Under the pieces are notes generated by a model that made no database searches, was not told the DNA's origin, and worked only from the letters and a program-made list of their open reading frames with translations. Position numbers and translations under genes: made by a program. Shown piece by piece: positions 1-15,000 of a stretch of DNA of 64,000 nt (position 1 is its first letter; every line of letters starts with the position of its first letter). Origin of the DNA: Squalus acanthias. Taxonomy: Eukaryota. The DNA lies in NCBI GenBank assembly GCA_030390025.1, contig CM059432.1:93188001-93252000 (forward strand), in the 5' to 3' direction.

Positions 1-86
1 CTTAAAAGTAACCATAATATATAGGTTTTAATGTGAAAATGCATTTTTTTTTAATGGGGAAGTGTAGCAGCCGAAGACTGTGAAAA

Positions 87-3000
87 GGCGGGAGATTCTG
101 TGAGTAAACAGGGCGGGAGATTCTGTGAGTAAACAGGGCGGGAGATTCTGAGAGTAAACAGGGCGGGAGATTCTGTGAGTAAACAGGGCGGGAGATTCTG
201 TGAGTATAAAGAGCGGGAGATTCTGAGAGTAAACAGGGCGGGAGATTCTGTGAGTAAACAGGGCGGGAGATTCTGTGAGTAAACAGAGCGGGAGATTCTG
301 TGAGTACACAGGGCGGGAGATTCTGTGAGTAAACAGGGCGGCAGATTCTGTGAGTAAACAGAGCGGGAGATTCTGAGAGTAAACAGGGCAGGAGATTCTG
401 TGAGTAAACAGAGCGAGAGATTCTGTGAGTAAACAGGGCGGGAGATTCTGTGAGTAAACAGAGCAAGAGATTCTGTGAGTATAAAGAGCGGGAGATTCTG
501 TGAGTAAACAGAGCGGGAGATTCTGTGAGTAAACAGAGCGAGAGATTCAGTGAGTAAACAGGTCGGGAGATTCTGTGAGTAAACAGGGCGGGAGATTCTG
601 TGAGTAAACAGAGCGAGAGATTCTGTGAGTATAAAGAGCGGGAGATTCTGTGAGTAAACAGAGCGGGAGATTCTGTGAGTAAACAGAGCGGGAGATTCTG
701 TGAGTAAACAGGGCGGGAGATTCTGTGAGTAAACAGGGCGGGAGATTCTGTGAGTAAACAGAGCGGGAGATTCTGTGAGTAAACAGGGCGGGAGATTCTG
801 TGAGTAAACAGAGCGGGAGATTCTGTGAGTAAACAGAGCGAGAGATTCTGTGAGTAAACAGGGCGGGAGATTCTGTGAGTAAACAGAGCAAGAGATTCTG
901 TGAGTATAAAGAGCGGGAGATTCTGTGAGTAAACAGAGCGGGAGATTCTGTGAGTAAACAGAGCGGGAGATTCTGTGAGTAAACAGGGCGGGAGATTCTG
1001 TGAGTAAACAGGGCGGGAGATTTTGTGAGTATAAAGAGCGGGAGATTCTGAGAGTAAACAGAGCGGGAGATTATGAGAGTAAACAGAGCAGGAGATTCTG
1101 TGAGTAGAAAGAGCGGGAGATTCTGTGAGTATAAAGAGTGGGAGATTCTGAGAGTAAACAGAGCGGGAGGTTCTGAGAGTTAACAGGGCGGGAGATTCTG
1201 TGAGCATAAAGAGCGGGAGATTCTGAGAGTAAACAGAGCGGGAGATTCTGTGAGTAAACAGGGCGGGAGATTCTGTGAGTAAACAGAGCGGGAGATTCGG
1301 AGAGTAAACAGGGCGGGAGATTCTAAGAGTATAAAGAGCGGGAGATTCTGTGAGTAAACAGAGCGGGAGATTCTGAGAGTAAAGAGAGCAGGAGATTCTG
1401 TGAGTATAAAGAGCGGGAGATTCTGTGAGTAAACAGGGCGGGAGATTCTGTGAGTAAACACAGCGGGAGATTCTGTGAGTAAACAGAGCGGGAGATTCTG
1501 TGAGTAAACAGGGCGGGAGATTCTGTGAGTAAACAGAGCGGGAGATTCTGAGAGTAAACAGGGCGGGAGATTCTGAGAGTAAACAGAGCGGGAGATTCTG
1601 TGAGTAAACACAGCGGGAGATTCTGAGAGTAAACAGGGCGGGAGATTCTGAGAGTAAACAGGGCGGGAGATTCTGTGAGTATAAAGAGCGGGAGATTCTG
1701 AGAGTAAACAGGGCGGGAGATTCTGTGAGTAAACAGGGCGGGAGATTCTGTGAGTAAACAGAGCGGGAGATTCTGTGAGTACACAGGGCGGGAGATTCTG
1801 TGAGTAAACAGGGCGGCAGATTCTGTGAGTAAACAGAGCGGGAGATTCTGAGAGTAAACAGGGCAGGAGATTCTGTGAGTAAACAGAGCGGGAGATTCTG
1901 TGAGTAAACAGGGCGGGAGATTCTGTGAGTAAACAGAGCAGGAGATTCTGTGAGTATAAAGAGCGGGAGATTCTGTGAGTAAACAGAGCGGGAGATTCTG
2001 TGAGTAAACAGAGCGAGAGATTCAGTGAGTAAACAGGTCGGGAGATTCTGTGAGTAAACAGGGCGGGAGATTCTGTGAGTAAACAGAGCGAGAGATTCTG
2101 TGAGTATAAAGAGCGGGAGATTCTGTGAGTAAACAGAGCGGGAGATTCTGTGAGTAAACAGAGCGGGAGATTCTGTGAGTAAACAGGCGGGAGATTCTGT
2201 GAGTAAACAGGGCGGGAGATTCTGTGAGTAAACAGAGCGGGAGATTCTGTGAGTAAACAGGGCGGGAGATTCTGTGAGTAAACAGAGCGGGAGATTCTGT
2301 GAGTAAACAGAGCGAGAGATTCTGTGAGTAAACAGGGCGGGAGATTCTGTGAGTAAACAGAGCAAGAGATTCTGTGAGTATAAAGAGCGGGAGATTCTGT
2401 GAGTAAACAGAGCGGGAGATTCTGTGAGTAAACAGAGCGGGAGATTCTGTGAGTAAACAGGGCGGGAGATTCTGTGAGTAAACAGGGCGGGAGATTTTGT
2501 GAGTATAAAGAGCGGGAGATTCTGAGAGTAAACAGAGCGGGAGATTATGAGAGTAAACAGAGCAGGAGATTCTGTGAGTAGAAAGAGCGGGAGATTCTGT
2601 GAGTATAAAGAGTGGGAGATTCTGAGAGTAAACAGAGCGGGAGGTTCTGAGAGTTAACAGGGCGGGAGATTCTGTGAGCATAAAGAGCGGGAGATTCTGA
2701 GAGTAAACAGAGCGGGAGATTCTGTGAGTAAACAGGGCGGGAGATTCTGTGAGTAAACAGAGCGGGAGATTCGGAGAGTAAACAGGGCGGGAGATTCTAG
2801 AGTATAAAGAGCGGGAGATTCTGTGAGTAAACAGAGCGGGAGATTCTGACAGTAAAGAGAGCAGGAGATTCTGTGAGTATAAAGAGCGGGAGATTCTGTG
2901 AGTAAACAGGGCGGGAGATTCTGTGAGTAAACAGAGCGGGAGATTCTGTGAGTAAACAGAGCGGGAGATTCTGTGAGTAAACAGGGCGGGAGATTCTGTG

Positions 3001-6000
3001 AGTAAACAGAGCGGGAGATTCTGAGAGTAAACAGGGCGGGAGATTCTGAGAGTAAACAGAGCGGGAGATTCTGTGAGTAAACACAGCGGGAGATTCTGAG
3101 AGTAAACAGGGCGGGAGATTCTGAGAGTAAACAGAGCGGGAGATTCTGTGAGTAAACAGAGCGGGAGATTCTGTGAGTAAACACAGCGGGAGATTCTGAG
3201 AGTAAACAGGGCGGGAGATTCTGAGAGTAAACAGGGCAGGAGATTCTGTGAGTATAAAGAGCGGGAGATTCTGTGAGTAAACAGGGCGGGAGATTCTGTG
3301 AGTAAACAGAGCGGGAGATTCTGTGAGTAAACAGAGCGGGAGATTCTGTGAGTAAACAGGGCGGGAGATTCTGTGAGTAAACAGAGCGGGAGATTCTGTG
3401 AGTAAACAGAGCGGGAGATTCTGTGAGTAAACAGAGCGGGAGATTCTGTGAGTAAACAGGGCGGGAGATTCTGAGAGTAAACAGGGCGGGAGATTCTGTG
3501 AGTAAACAGGGCGGGAGATTCTGAGAGTAAACAGAGCGGGAGATTCTGTGAGTAAACAGAGCGGGAGATTCTGTGAGTAAACAGAGCGGGAGATTCTGAG
3601 AGTAAACAGGGCGGGAGATTCTGTGAGTAAACAGAGCGGGAGATTCTGTGAGTAAACAGAGCGGGAGATTCTGAGAGTAAACAGAGCGGGAGATTCTGTG
3701 AGTAAACAGAGCGGGAGATTCTGTGAGTAAACAGAGCGGGAGATTCTGAGAGTAAACAGAGCGGGAGATTCTGTGAGTAAACAGAGCGGGAGATTCTGAG
3801 AGTAAACAGAGCGGGAGATTCTGTGAGTAAACAGAGCGGGAGATTCTGTGAGTAAACAGAGCGGGAGATTCTGTGAGTAAACACAGCGGGAGATTCTGAG
3901 AGTAAACAGGGCGGGAGATTCTGAGAGTAAACAGGGCGGGAGATTCTGTGAGTATAAAGAGCGGGAGATTCTGAGAGTAAACAGAGCGGGAGATTCTGTG
4001 AGTAAACAGAGCGGGAGATTCTGTGAGTAAACAGGGCGGGAGATTCTGTGAGTAAACAGGGCGGGAGATTCTGTGAGTAAACAGGGCGGGAGATTCTGTG
4101 AGTATAAAGAGCGGGAGATTCTGAGAGTAAACAGAGCGGGAGATTCTGAGAGTAAACAGAGCAGGAGATTCTGTGAGTAGAAAGAGCGGGAGATTCTGTG
4201 AGTATAAAGAGCGGGAGATTCTGAGAGTAAACAGAGCGGGAGATTCTGAGAGTAAACAGGGCGGGAGATTCTGTGAGCATAAAGAGCGGGAGATTCTGAG
4301 AGTAAACAGAGCGGGAGATTCTGTGAGTAAACAGGGCGGGAGATTCTGTGAGTATAAAGAGCGGGAGATTCTGTGAGTAAACAGGGCGGGAGATTCTGTG
4401 AGTAAACAGAGCGGGAGATTCTGAGAGTAAACAGAGCGGGAGATTCTGTGAGTATAAAGAGCGGGAGATTCTGAGAGTAAACAGAGCGGGAGATTCTGTG
4501 AGTAAACAGGGCGGGAGATTCTGTGAGTAAACAGAGCGGGAGATTCTGTGAGTAAACAGGGCGGGAGATTCTGTGAGTAAACAGGGCGGGAGATTCTGTG
4601 AGTAAACAGAGCGGGAGATTCTGTGAGTAAACAGGGCGGGAGATTCTGTGAGTAAACAGGGCGGGAGATTCTGTGAGTAAACAGAGCGGGAGATTCTGAG
4701 AGTAAACAGGGCGGAGATTCTGTGAGTAAACAGAGCGGGAGATTCTGTGAGTAAACAGGGCGGGAGATTCTGTGAGTAAACAGAGCAGGAGATTCTGTGA
4801 GTATAAAGAGCGGGAGATTCTGTGAGTAAACAGAGCGGGAGATTCTGTGAGTAAACAGAGCGGAGATTCTGTGAGTAAACAGGGCGGGAGATTCTGTGAG
4901 TAAACAGGGCGGGAGATTCTGTGAGTAAACAGAGCGGGAGATTCTGTGAGTAAACAGAGCGGGAGATTCTGTGAGTAAACAGAGCGGGAGATTCTGTGAG
5001 TAAACAGAGCGGGAGATTCTGTGAGTAAACAGGGCGGGAGATTCTGTGAGTAAACAGGCGGGAGATTCTGTGAGTAAACAGAGCGGGAGATTCTGTGAGT
5101 AAACAGGGCGGGAGATTCTGTGAGTAAACAGAGCGGGAGATTCTGTGAGTAAACAGAGCGGGAGATTCTGTGAGTAAACAGGGCGGGAGATTCTGTGAGT
5201 AAACAGAGCAGGAGATTCTGTGAGTATAAAGAGCGGGAGATTCTGTGAGTAAACAGAGCGGGAGATTCTGTGAGTAAACAGAGCGGGAGATTCTGTGAGT
5301 AAACAGGGCGGGAGATTCTGTGAGTAAACAGGGCGGGAGATTCTGTGAGTATAAAGAGCGGGAGATTCTGAGAGTAAACAGAGCGGGAGATTATGAGAGT
5401 AAACAGAGCAGGAGATTCTGTGAGTAGAAAGAGCGGGAGATTCTGTGAGTATAAAGAGTGGGAGATTCTGTGAGTAAACAGAGCGGGAGATTCTGAGAGT
5501 AAACAGGGCGGGAGATTCTGTGAGCATAAAGAGCGGGAGATTCTGAGAGTAAACAGAGCGGGAGATTCTGTGAGTAAACAGGGCGGGAGATTCTGTGAGT
5601 AAACAGAGCGGGAGATTCTGAGAGTAAACAGGGCGGGAGATTCTGTGAGTATAAAGAGCGGGAGATTCTGTGAGTAAACAGAGCGGGAGATTCTGAGAGT
5701 AAACAGAGCGGGAGATTCTGTGAGTATAAAGAGCGGGAGATTCTGTGAGTAAACAGGGCGGGAGATTCTGTGAGTAAACAGAGCGGGAGATTCTGTGAGT
5801 AAACAGAGCGGGAGATTCTGTGAGTAAACAGGGCGGGAGATTCTGTGAGTAAACAGAGCGGGAGATTCTGAGAGTAAACAGGGCGGGAGATTCTGAGAGT
5901 AAACAGAGCGGGAGATTCTGTGAGTAAACAGAGCGGGAGATTCTGAGAGTAAACAGGGCGGGAGATTCTGAGAGTAAACAGAGCGGGAGATTCTGTGAGT

Positions 6001-9000
6001 AAACAGAGCGGGAGATTCTGTGAGTAAACAGAGCGGGAGATTCTGAGAGTAAACAGAGCGGGAGATTCTGAGAGTAAACAGGGCGGGAGATTCTGTGAGT
6101 AAACAGAGCGGGAGATTCTGTGAGTAAACAGGGCGGGAGATTCTGTGAGTAAACAGAGCGGGAGATTCTGTGAGTAAACAGAGCGGGAGATTCTGTGAGT
6201 AAACAGAGCGGGAGATTCTGTGAGTAAACAGAGCGGGAGATTCTGTGAGTAAACAGAGCGGGAGATTCTGTGAGTAAACAGAGCGGGAGATTCTGTGAGT
6301 AAACAGGGCGGGAGATTCTGAGAGTAAACAGAGCGGGAGATTCTGTGAGTAAACAGAGCGGGAGATTCTGAGAGTAAACAGAGCGGGAGATTCTGTGAGT
6401 AAACAGAGCGGGAGATTCTGTGAGTAAACAGAGCGGGAGATTCTGTGAGTAAACAGGGCGGGAGATTCTGTGAGTAAACAGAGCGGGAGATTCTGTGAGT
6501 AAACAGAGCGGGAGATTCTGTGAGTAAACAGAGCGGGAGATTCTGTGAGTAAACAGAGCGGGAGATTCTGTGAGTAAACAGAGCGGGAGATTCTGAGAGT
6601 AAACAGAGCGGGAGATTCTGTGAGTAAACAGAGCGGGAGATTCTGAGAGTAAACAGAGCGGGAGATTCTGTGAGTAAACAGAGCGGGAGATTCTGTGAGT
6701 AAACAGAGCGGGAGATTCTGTGAGTAAACAGAGCGGGAGATTCTGAGAGTAAACAGAGCGGGAGATTCTGAGAGTAAACAGGGCGGGAGATTCTGTGAGT
6801 AAAAGAGCGGGAGATTCTGAGAGTAAACAGAGCGGGAGATTCTGTGAGTAAACAGAGCGGGAGATTCTGTGAGTAAACAGGGCGGGAGATTCTGTGAGTA
6901 AACAGGGCGGGAGATTCTGTGAGTAAACAGGGCGGGAGATTCTGTGAGTATAAAGAGCGGGAGATTCTGAGAGTAAACAGAGCGGGAGATTCTGAGAGTA
7001 AACAGAGCGGGAGATTCTGTGAGTAAACAGAGCGGGAGATTCTGTGAGTATAAAGAGTGGGAGATTCTGAGAGTAAACAGAGCGGGAGGTTCTGAGAGTA
7101 AACAGGGCGGGAGATTCTGTGAGCATAAAGAGCGGGAGATTCTGAGAGTAAACAGAGCGGGAGATTCTGTGAGTAAACAGGGCGGGAGATTCTGTGAGTA
7201 AACAGAGCGGGAGATTCTGTGAGTAAACAGGGCGGGAGATTCTGTGAGTAAACAGAGCGGGAGATTCTGAGAGTAAACAGAGCGGGAGATTCTGTGAGTA
7301 AACAGAGCGGGAGATTCTGAGAGTAAACAGAGCGGGAGATTCTGTGAGTAAACAGGGCGGGAGATTCTGTGAGTAAACAGAGCGGGAGATTCTGTGAGTA
7401 AACAGGGCGGGAGATTCTGTGAGTAAACAGGGCGGGAGATTCTGTGAGTAAACAGAGCGGGAGATTCTGTGAGTAAACAGAGCGGGAGATTCTGTGAGTA
7501 AACAGAGCGGGAGATTCTGTGAGTAAACAGAGCGGGAGATTCTGAGAGTAAACAGGGCAGGAGATTCTGTGAGTAAACAGAGCGGGAGATTCTGTGAGTA
7601 AACAGGGCGGGAGATTCTGTGAGTAAACAGAGCAGGAGATTCTGTGAGTATAAAGAGCGGGAGATTCTGTGAGTAAACAGAGCGGGAGATTCTGTGAGTA
7701 AACAGAGCGGGAGATTCTGTGAGTAAACAGGCGGGAGATTCTGTGAGTAAACAGGGCGGGAGATTCTGTGAGTAAACAGAGCGGGAGATTCTGTGAGTAA
7801 ACAGAGCGGGAGATTCTGTGAGTAAACAGAGCGGGAGATTCTGTGAGTAAACAGAGCGGGAGATTCTGTGAGTAAACAGAGCGGGAGATTCTGTGAGTAA
7901 ACAGGGCGGGAGATTCTGTGAGTAAACAGAGCGGGAGATTCTGTGAGTAAACAGGGCGGGAGATTCTGTGAGTAAACAGAGCGGGAGATTCTGTGAGTAA
8001 ACAGAGCGGGAGATTCTGTGAGTAAACAGGGCGGGAGATTCTGTGAGTAAACAGAGCGGGAGATTCTGTGAGTAAACAGAGCGGGAGATTCTGTGAGTAA
8101 ACAGAGCGGGAGATTCTGTGAGTAAACAGAGCGGGAGATTCTGTGAGTAAACAGGGCGGGAGATTCTGTGAGTAAACAGGGCGGGAGATTCTGTGAGTAA
8201 ACAGAGCGGGAGATTCTGTGAGTAAACAGAGCGGGAGATTCTGAGAGTAAACAGAGCGGGAGATTCTGTGAGTAAACAGAGCGGGAGATTCTGTGAGTAA
8301 ACAGAGCGGGAGATTCTGAGAGTAAACAGAGCGGGAGATTCTGAGAGTAAACAGGGCGGGAGATTCTGTGAGTAAACAGAGCGGGAGATTCTGAGAGTAA
8401 ACAGAGCGGGAGATTCTGTGAGTAAACAGAGCGGGAGATTCTGTGAGTAAACAGAGCGGGAGATTCTGAGAGTAAACAGGGCGGGAGATTCTGTGAGTAA
8501 ACAGAGCGGGAGATTCTGTGAGTAAACAGAGCGGGAGATTCTGAGAGTAAACAGAGCGGGAGATTCTGTGAGTAAACAGAGCGGGAGATTCTGTGAGTAA
8601 ACAGGGCGGGAGATTCTGTGAGTAAACAGAGCGGGAGATTCTGTGAGTAAACAGAGCGGGAGATTCTGTGAGTAAACAGAGCGGGAGATTCTGTGAGTAA
8701 ACAGAGCGGGAGATTCTGAGAGTAAACAGGGCGGGAGATTCTGAGAGTAAACAGAGCGGGAGATTCTGTGAGTAAACAGAGCGGGAGATTCTGAGAGTAA
8801 ACAGAGCGGGAGATTCTGAGAGTAAACAGAGCGGGAGATTCTGTGAGTAAACAGAGCGGGAGATTCTGTGAGTAAACAGAGCGGGAGATTCTGTGAGTAA
8901 ACAGAGCGGGAGATTCTGTGAGTAAACAGGGCGGGAGATTCTGTGAGTAAACAGAGCGGGAGATTCTGTGAGTAAACAGGGCGGGAGATTCTGTGAGTAA

Positions 9001-12000
9001 ACAGAGCGGGAGATTCTGTGAGTAAACAGAGCGGGAGATTCTGTGAGTAAACAGAGCGGGAGATTCTGTGAGTAAACAGAGCGGGAGATTCTGTGAGTAA
9101 ACAGAGCGGGAGATTCTGTGAGTAAACAGAGCGGGAGATTCTGAGAGTAAACAGGGCGGGAGATTCTGTGAGTAAACAGAGCGGGAGATTCTGTGAGTAA
9201 ACAGAGCGGGAGATTCTGTGAGTAAACAGAGCGGGAGATTCTGTGAGTAAACAGAGCGGGAGATTCTGTGAGTAAACAGAGCGGGAGATTCTGTGAGTAA
9301 ACAGAGCGGGAGATTCTGTGAGTAAACAGAGCGGGAGATTCTGTGAGTAAACAGAGCGGGAGATTCTGTGAGTAAACAGAGCGGGAGATTCTGTGAGTAA
9401 ACAGAGCGGGAGATTCTGTGAGTAAACAGAGCGGGAGATTCTGTGAGTAAACAGAGCGGGAGATTCTGTGAGTAAACAGAGCGGGAGATTCTGTGAGTAA
9501 ACAGAGCGGGAGATTCTGTGAGTAAACAGAGCGGGAGATTCTGTGAGTAAACAGAGCGGGAGATTCTGTGAGTAAACAGGGCGGGAGATTCTGTGAGTAA
9601 ACAGGGCGGGAGATTCTGTGAGTATAAAGAGCGGGAGATTCTGAGAGTAAACAGAGCGGGAGATTCTGTGAGTAAACAGAGCGGGAGATTCTGTGAGTAA
9701 ACAGGGCGGGAGATTCTGTGAGTAAACAGGGCGGGAGATTCTGTGAGTAAACAGGCGGGAGATTCTGTGAGTATAAAGAGCGGGAGATTCTGAGAGTAAA
9801 CAGAGCGGGAGATTCTGAGAGTAAACAGAGCAGGAGATTCTGTGAGTAAACAGAGCGGGAGATTCTGTGAGTATAAAGAGCGGGAGATTCTGTGAGTAAA
9901 CAGAGCGGGAGATTCTGAGAGTAAACAGGGCGGGAGATTCTGTGAGTAAACAGAGCGGGAGATTCTGAGAGTAAACAGAGCGGGAGATTCTGTGAGTAAA
10001 CAGAGCGGGAGATTCTGTGAGTAAACAGAGCGGGAGATTCTGTGAGTAAACAGAGCGGGAGATTCTGTGAGTAAACAGAGCGGGAGATTCTGTGAGTAAA
10101 CAGAGCGGGAGATTCTGTGAGTAAACAGAGCGGGAGATTCTGTGAGTAAACAGAGCGGGAGATTCTGTGAGTAAACAGGGCGGGAGATTCTGTGAGTAAA
10201 CACAGCGGGAGATTCTGTGAGTAAACAGAGCGGGAGATTCTGTGAGTAAACAGGGCGGGAGATTCTGTGAGTAAACAGAGCGGGAGATTCTGAGAGTAAA
10301 CAGGGCGGGAGATTCTGAGAGTAAACAGAGCGGGAGATTCTGTGAGTAAACAGAGCGGGAGATTCTGAGAGTAAACAGGGCGGGAGATTCTGTGAGTAAA
10401 CAGAGCGGGAGATTCTGTGAGTAAACAGAGCGGGAGATTCTGTGAGTAAACAGAGCGGGAGATTCTGTGAGTAAACAGAGCGGGAGATTCTGTGAGTAAA
10501 CAGAGCGGGAGATTCTGTGAGTAAACAGAGCGGGAGATTCTGAGAGTAAACAGGGCGGGAGATTCTGAGAGTAAACAGGGCGGGAGATTCTGTGAGTATA
10601 AAGAGCGGGAGATTCTGAGAGTAAACAGAGCGGGAGATTCTGTGAGTAAACAGAGCGGGAGATTCTGAGAGTAAACAGAGCGGGAGATTCTGTGAGTAAA
10701 CAGAGCGGGAGATTCTGTGAGTAAACAGAGCGGGAGATTCTGTGAGTAAACAGAGCGGGAGATTCTGTGAGTAAACAGAGCGGGAGATTCTGAGAGTAAA
10801 CAGGGCGGGAGATTCTGAGAGTAAACAGGGCGGGAGATTCTGTGAGTATAAAGAGCGGGAGATTCTGAGAGTAAACAGAGCGGGAGATTCTGTGAGTAAA
10901 CAGAGCGGGAGATTCTGAGAGTAAACAGAGCGGGAGATTCTGTGAGTAAACAGAGCGGGAGATTCTGTGAGTAAACAGAGCGGGAGATTCTGAGAGTAAA
11001 CAGGGCGGGAGATTCTGAGAGTAAACAGAGCGGGAGATTCTGTGAGTAAACAGGGCGGGAGATTCTGTGAGTAAACAGGGCGGGAGATTCTGTGAGTAAA
11101 CAGAGCGGGAGATTCTGTGAGTAAACAGAGCGGGAGATTCTGTGAGTAAACAGAGCGGGAGATTCTGAGAGTAAACAGAGCGGGAGATTCTGTGAGTAAA
11201 CAGAGCGGGAGATTCTGTGAGTAAACAGAGCGGGAGATTCTGTGAGTAAACAGAGCGGGAGATTCTGTGAGTAAACAGGGCGGGAGATTCTGTGAGTAAA
11301 AGAGCGGGAGATTCTGAGAGTAAACAGAGCGGGAGATTCTGTGAGTAAACAGAGCGGGAGATTCTGTGAGTAAACAGGGCGGGAGATTCTGTGAGTAAAC
11401 AGGGCGGGAGATTCTGTGAGTAAACAGAGCGGGAGATTCTGTGAGTAAACAGGGCGGGAGATTCTGTGAGTAAACAGAGCGGGAGATTCTGAGAGTAAAC
11501 AGGGCGGGAGATTCTGAGAGTAAACAGAGCGGGAGATTCTGTGAGTAAACAGAGCGGGAGATTCTGTGAGTAAACAGAGCGGGAGATTCTGAGAGTAAAC
11601 AGAGCGGGAGATTCTGTGAGTAAACAGAGCGGGAGATTCTGTGAGTAAACAGAGCGGGAGATTCTGAGAGTAAACAGGGCGGGAGATTCTGAGAGTAAAC
11701 AGAGCGGGAGATTCTGTGAGTAAACAGAGCGGGAGATTCTGTGAGTAAACAGGGCGGGAGATTCTGTGAGTAAACAGAGCGGGAGATTCTGTGAGTAAAC
11801 AGAGCGGGAGATTCTGTGAGTAAACAGAGCGGGAGATTCTGTGAGTAAACAGAGCGGGAGATTCTGTGAGTAAACAGAGCGGGAGATTCTGTGAGTAAAC
11901 AGAGCGGGAGATTCTGTGAGTAAACAGAGCGGGAGATTCTGTGAGTAAACAGAGCGGGAGATTCTGTGAGTAAACAGAGCGGGAGATTCTGTGAGTAAAC

Positions 12001-15000
12001 AGAGCGGGAGATTCTGTGAGTAAACAGAGCGGGAGATTCTGTGAGTAAACAGAGCGGGAGATTCTGTGAGTAAACAGGGCGGGAGATTCTGTGAGTAAAC
12101 AGAGCGGGAGATTCTGTGAGTAAACAGAGCGGGAGATTCTGTGAGTAAACAGGGCGGGAGATTCTGTGAGTAAACAGAGCGGGAGATTCTGTGAGTAAAC
12201 AGAGCGGGAGATTCTGTGAGTAAACAGAGCGGGAGATTCTGTGAGTAAACAGGGCGGGAGATTCTGTGAGTAAACAGAGCGGGAGATTCTGTGAGTATAA
12301 AGAGCGGGAGATTCTGTGAGTAAACAGAGCGGGAGATTCTGAGAGTAAACAGAGCGGGAGATTCTGTGAGTAAACAGAGCGGGAGATTCTGTGAGTAAAC
12401 AGAGCGGGAGATTCTGTGAGTAAACAGAGCGGGAGATTCTGTGAGTAAACAGAGCGGGAGATTCTGTGAGTAAACAGAGCGGGAGATTCTGAGAGTAAAC
12501 AGAGCGGGAGATTCTGTGAGTAAACAGAGCGGGAGATTCTGAGAGTAAACAGGCGGGAGATTCTGTGAGTAAACAGGCGGGAGATTCTGTGAGTAAACAG
12601 AGCGGGAGATTCTGTGAGTAAACAGAGCGGGAGATTCTGTGAGTAAACAGAGCGGGAGATTCTGTGAGTAAACAGAGCGGGAGATTCTGAGAGTAAACAG
12701 GCGGGAGATTCTGTGAGTAAACAGAGCGGGAGATTCTGTGAGTAAACAGAGCGGGAGATTCTGTGAGTAAACAGAGCGGGAGATTCTGTGAGTAAACAGA
12801 GCGGGAGATTCTGTGAGTAAACAGAGCGGGAGATTCTGTGAGTAAACAGGGCGGGAGATTCTGTGAGTAAACAGAGCGGGAGATTCTGTGAGTAAACAGA
12901 GCGGGAGATTCTGTGAGTAAACAGAGCGGGAGATTCTGTGAGTAAACAGAGCGGGAGATTCTGTGAGTAAACAGAGCGGGAGATTCTGTGAGTAAACAGA
13001 GCGGGAGATTCTGTGAGTAAACAGAGCGGGAGATTCTGTGAGTAAACAGAGCGGGAGATTCTGTGAGTAAACAGAGCGGGAGATTCTGTGAGTAAACAGA
13101 GCGGGAGATTCTGTGAGTAAACAGAGCGGGAGATTCTGAGAGTAAACAGAGCGGGAGATTCTGTGAGTAAACAGAGCGGGAGATTCTGTGAGTAAACAGA
13201 GCGGGAGATTCTGTGAGTAAACAGAGCGGGAGATTCTGTGAGTAAACAGAGCGGGAGATTCTGTGAGTAAACAGAGCGGGAGATTCTGAGAGTAAACAGA
13301 GCGGGAGATTCTGTGAGTAAACAGGGCGGGAGATTCTGAGAGTAAACAGGGCGGGAGATTCTGTGAGTAAACAGAGCGGGAGATTCTGTGAGTAAACAGG
13401 GCGGGAGATTCTGTGAGTAAACAGGGCGGGAGATTCTGTGAGTAAACAGAGCGGGAGATTCTGTGAGTAAACAGAGCGGGAGATTCTGTGAGTAAACAGA
13501 GCGGGAGATTCTGAGAGTAAACAGAGCGGGAGATTCTGTGAGTAAACAGGCGGGAGATTCTGTGAGTAAACAGAGCGGGAGATTCTGTGAGTAAACAGAG
13601 CGGGAGATTCTGTGAGTAAACAGAGCGGGAGATTCTGTGAGTAAACAGAGCGGGAGATTCTGTGAGTAAACAGAGCGGGAGATTCTGTGAGTAAACAGAG
13701 CGGGAGATTCTGTGAGTAAACAGAGCGGGAGATTCTGTGAGTAAACAGAGCGGGAGATTCTGTGAGTAAACAGGGCGGGAGATTCTGAGAGTAAACAGAG
13801 CGGGAGATTCTGTGAGTAAACAGAGCGGGAGATTCTGTGAGTAAACAGGGCGGGAGATTCTGTGAGTAAACAGAGCGGGAGATTCTGTGAGTAAACAGAG
13901 CGGGAGATTCTGTGAGTAAACAGAGCGGGAGATTCTGTGAGTAAACAGAGCGGGAGATTCTGTGAGTAAACAGAGCGGGAGATTCTGTGAGTAAACAGAG
14001 CGGGAGATTCTGAGAGTAAACAGAGCGGGAGATTCTGTGAGTAAACAGAGCGGGAGATTCTGTGAGTAAACAGAGCGGGAGATTCTGTGAGTAAACAGAG
14101 CGGGAGATTCTGTGAGTAAACAGGGCGGGAGATTCTGTGAGTAAACAGAGCGGGAGATTCTGTGAGTAAACAGAGCGGGAGATTCTGAGAGTAAACAGAG
14201 CGGGAGATTCTGTGAGTAAACAGAGCGGGAGATTCTGTGAGTAAACAGAGCGGGAGATTCTGAGAGTAAACAGAGCGGGAGATTCTGTGAGTAAACAGAG
14301 CGGGAGATTCTGAGAGTAAACAGAGCGGGAGATTCTGTGAGTAAACAGAGCGGGAGATTCTGTGAGTAAACAGGGCGGGAGATTCTGTGAGTAAACAGAG
14401 CGGGAGATTCTGTGAGTAAACAGGCGGGAGATTCTGTGAGTAAACAGAGCGGGAGATTCTGTGAGTAAACAGGGCGGGAGATTCTGTGAGTAAACAGAGC
14501 GGGAGATTCTGAGAGTAAACAGAGCGGGAGATTCTGTGAGTAAACAGAGCGGGAGATTCTGTGAGTAAACAGAGCGGGAGATTCTGTGAGTAAACAGAGC
14601 GGGAGATTCTGTGAGTAAACAGAGCGGGAGATTCTGTGAGTAAACAGAGCGGGAGATTCTGTGAGTAAACAGAGCGGGAGATTCTGTGAGTAAACAGAGC
14701 GGGAGATTCTGTGAGTAAACAGAGCGGGAGATTCTGTGAGTAAACAGAGCGGGAGATTCTGTGAGTAAACAGAGCGGGAGATTCTGTGAGTAAACAGAGC
14801 GGGAGATTCTGTGAGTAAACAGAGCGGGAGATTCTGTGAGTAAACAGAGCGGGAGATTCTGTGAGTAAACAGAGCGGGAGATTCTGTGAGTAAACAGAGC
14901 GGGAGATTCTGTGAGTAAACAGAGCGGGAGATTCTGTGAGTAAACAGAGCGGGAGATTCTGTGAGTAAACAGAGCGGGAGATTCTGTGAGTAAACAGAGC

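Noticed and set aside
2..10203. Very long minus-strand ORFs (up to 2,468 aa) of LFTHRISRSVYSQNLPLCLLTESPA repeats
   Set aside because: They follow automatically from a monomer with no minus-strand stop. They start at non-ATG codons created by rare variants and overlap in all three frames.
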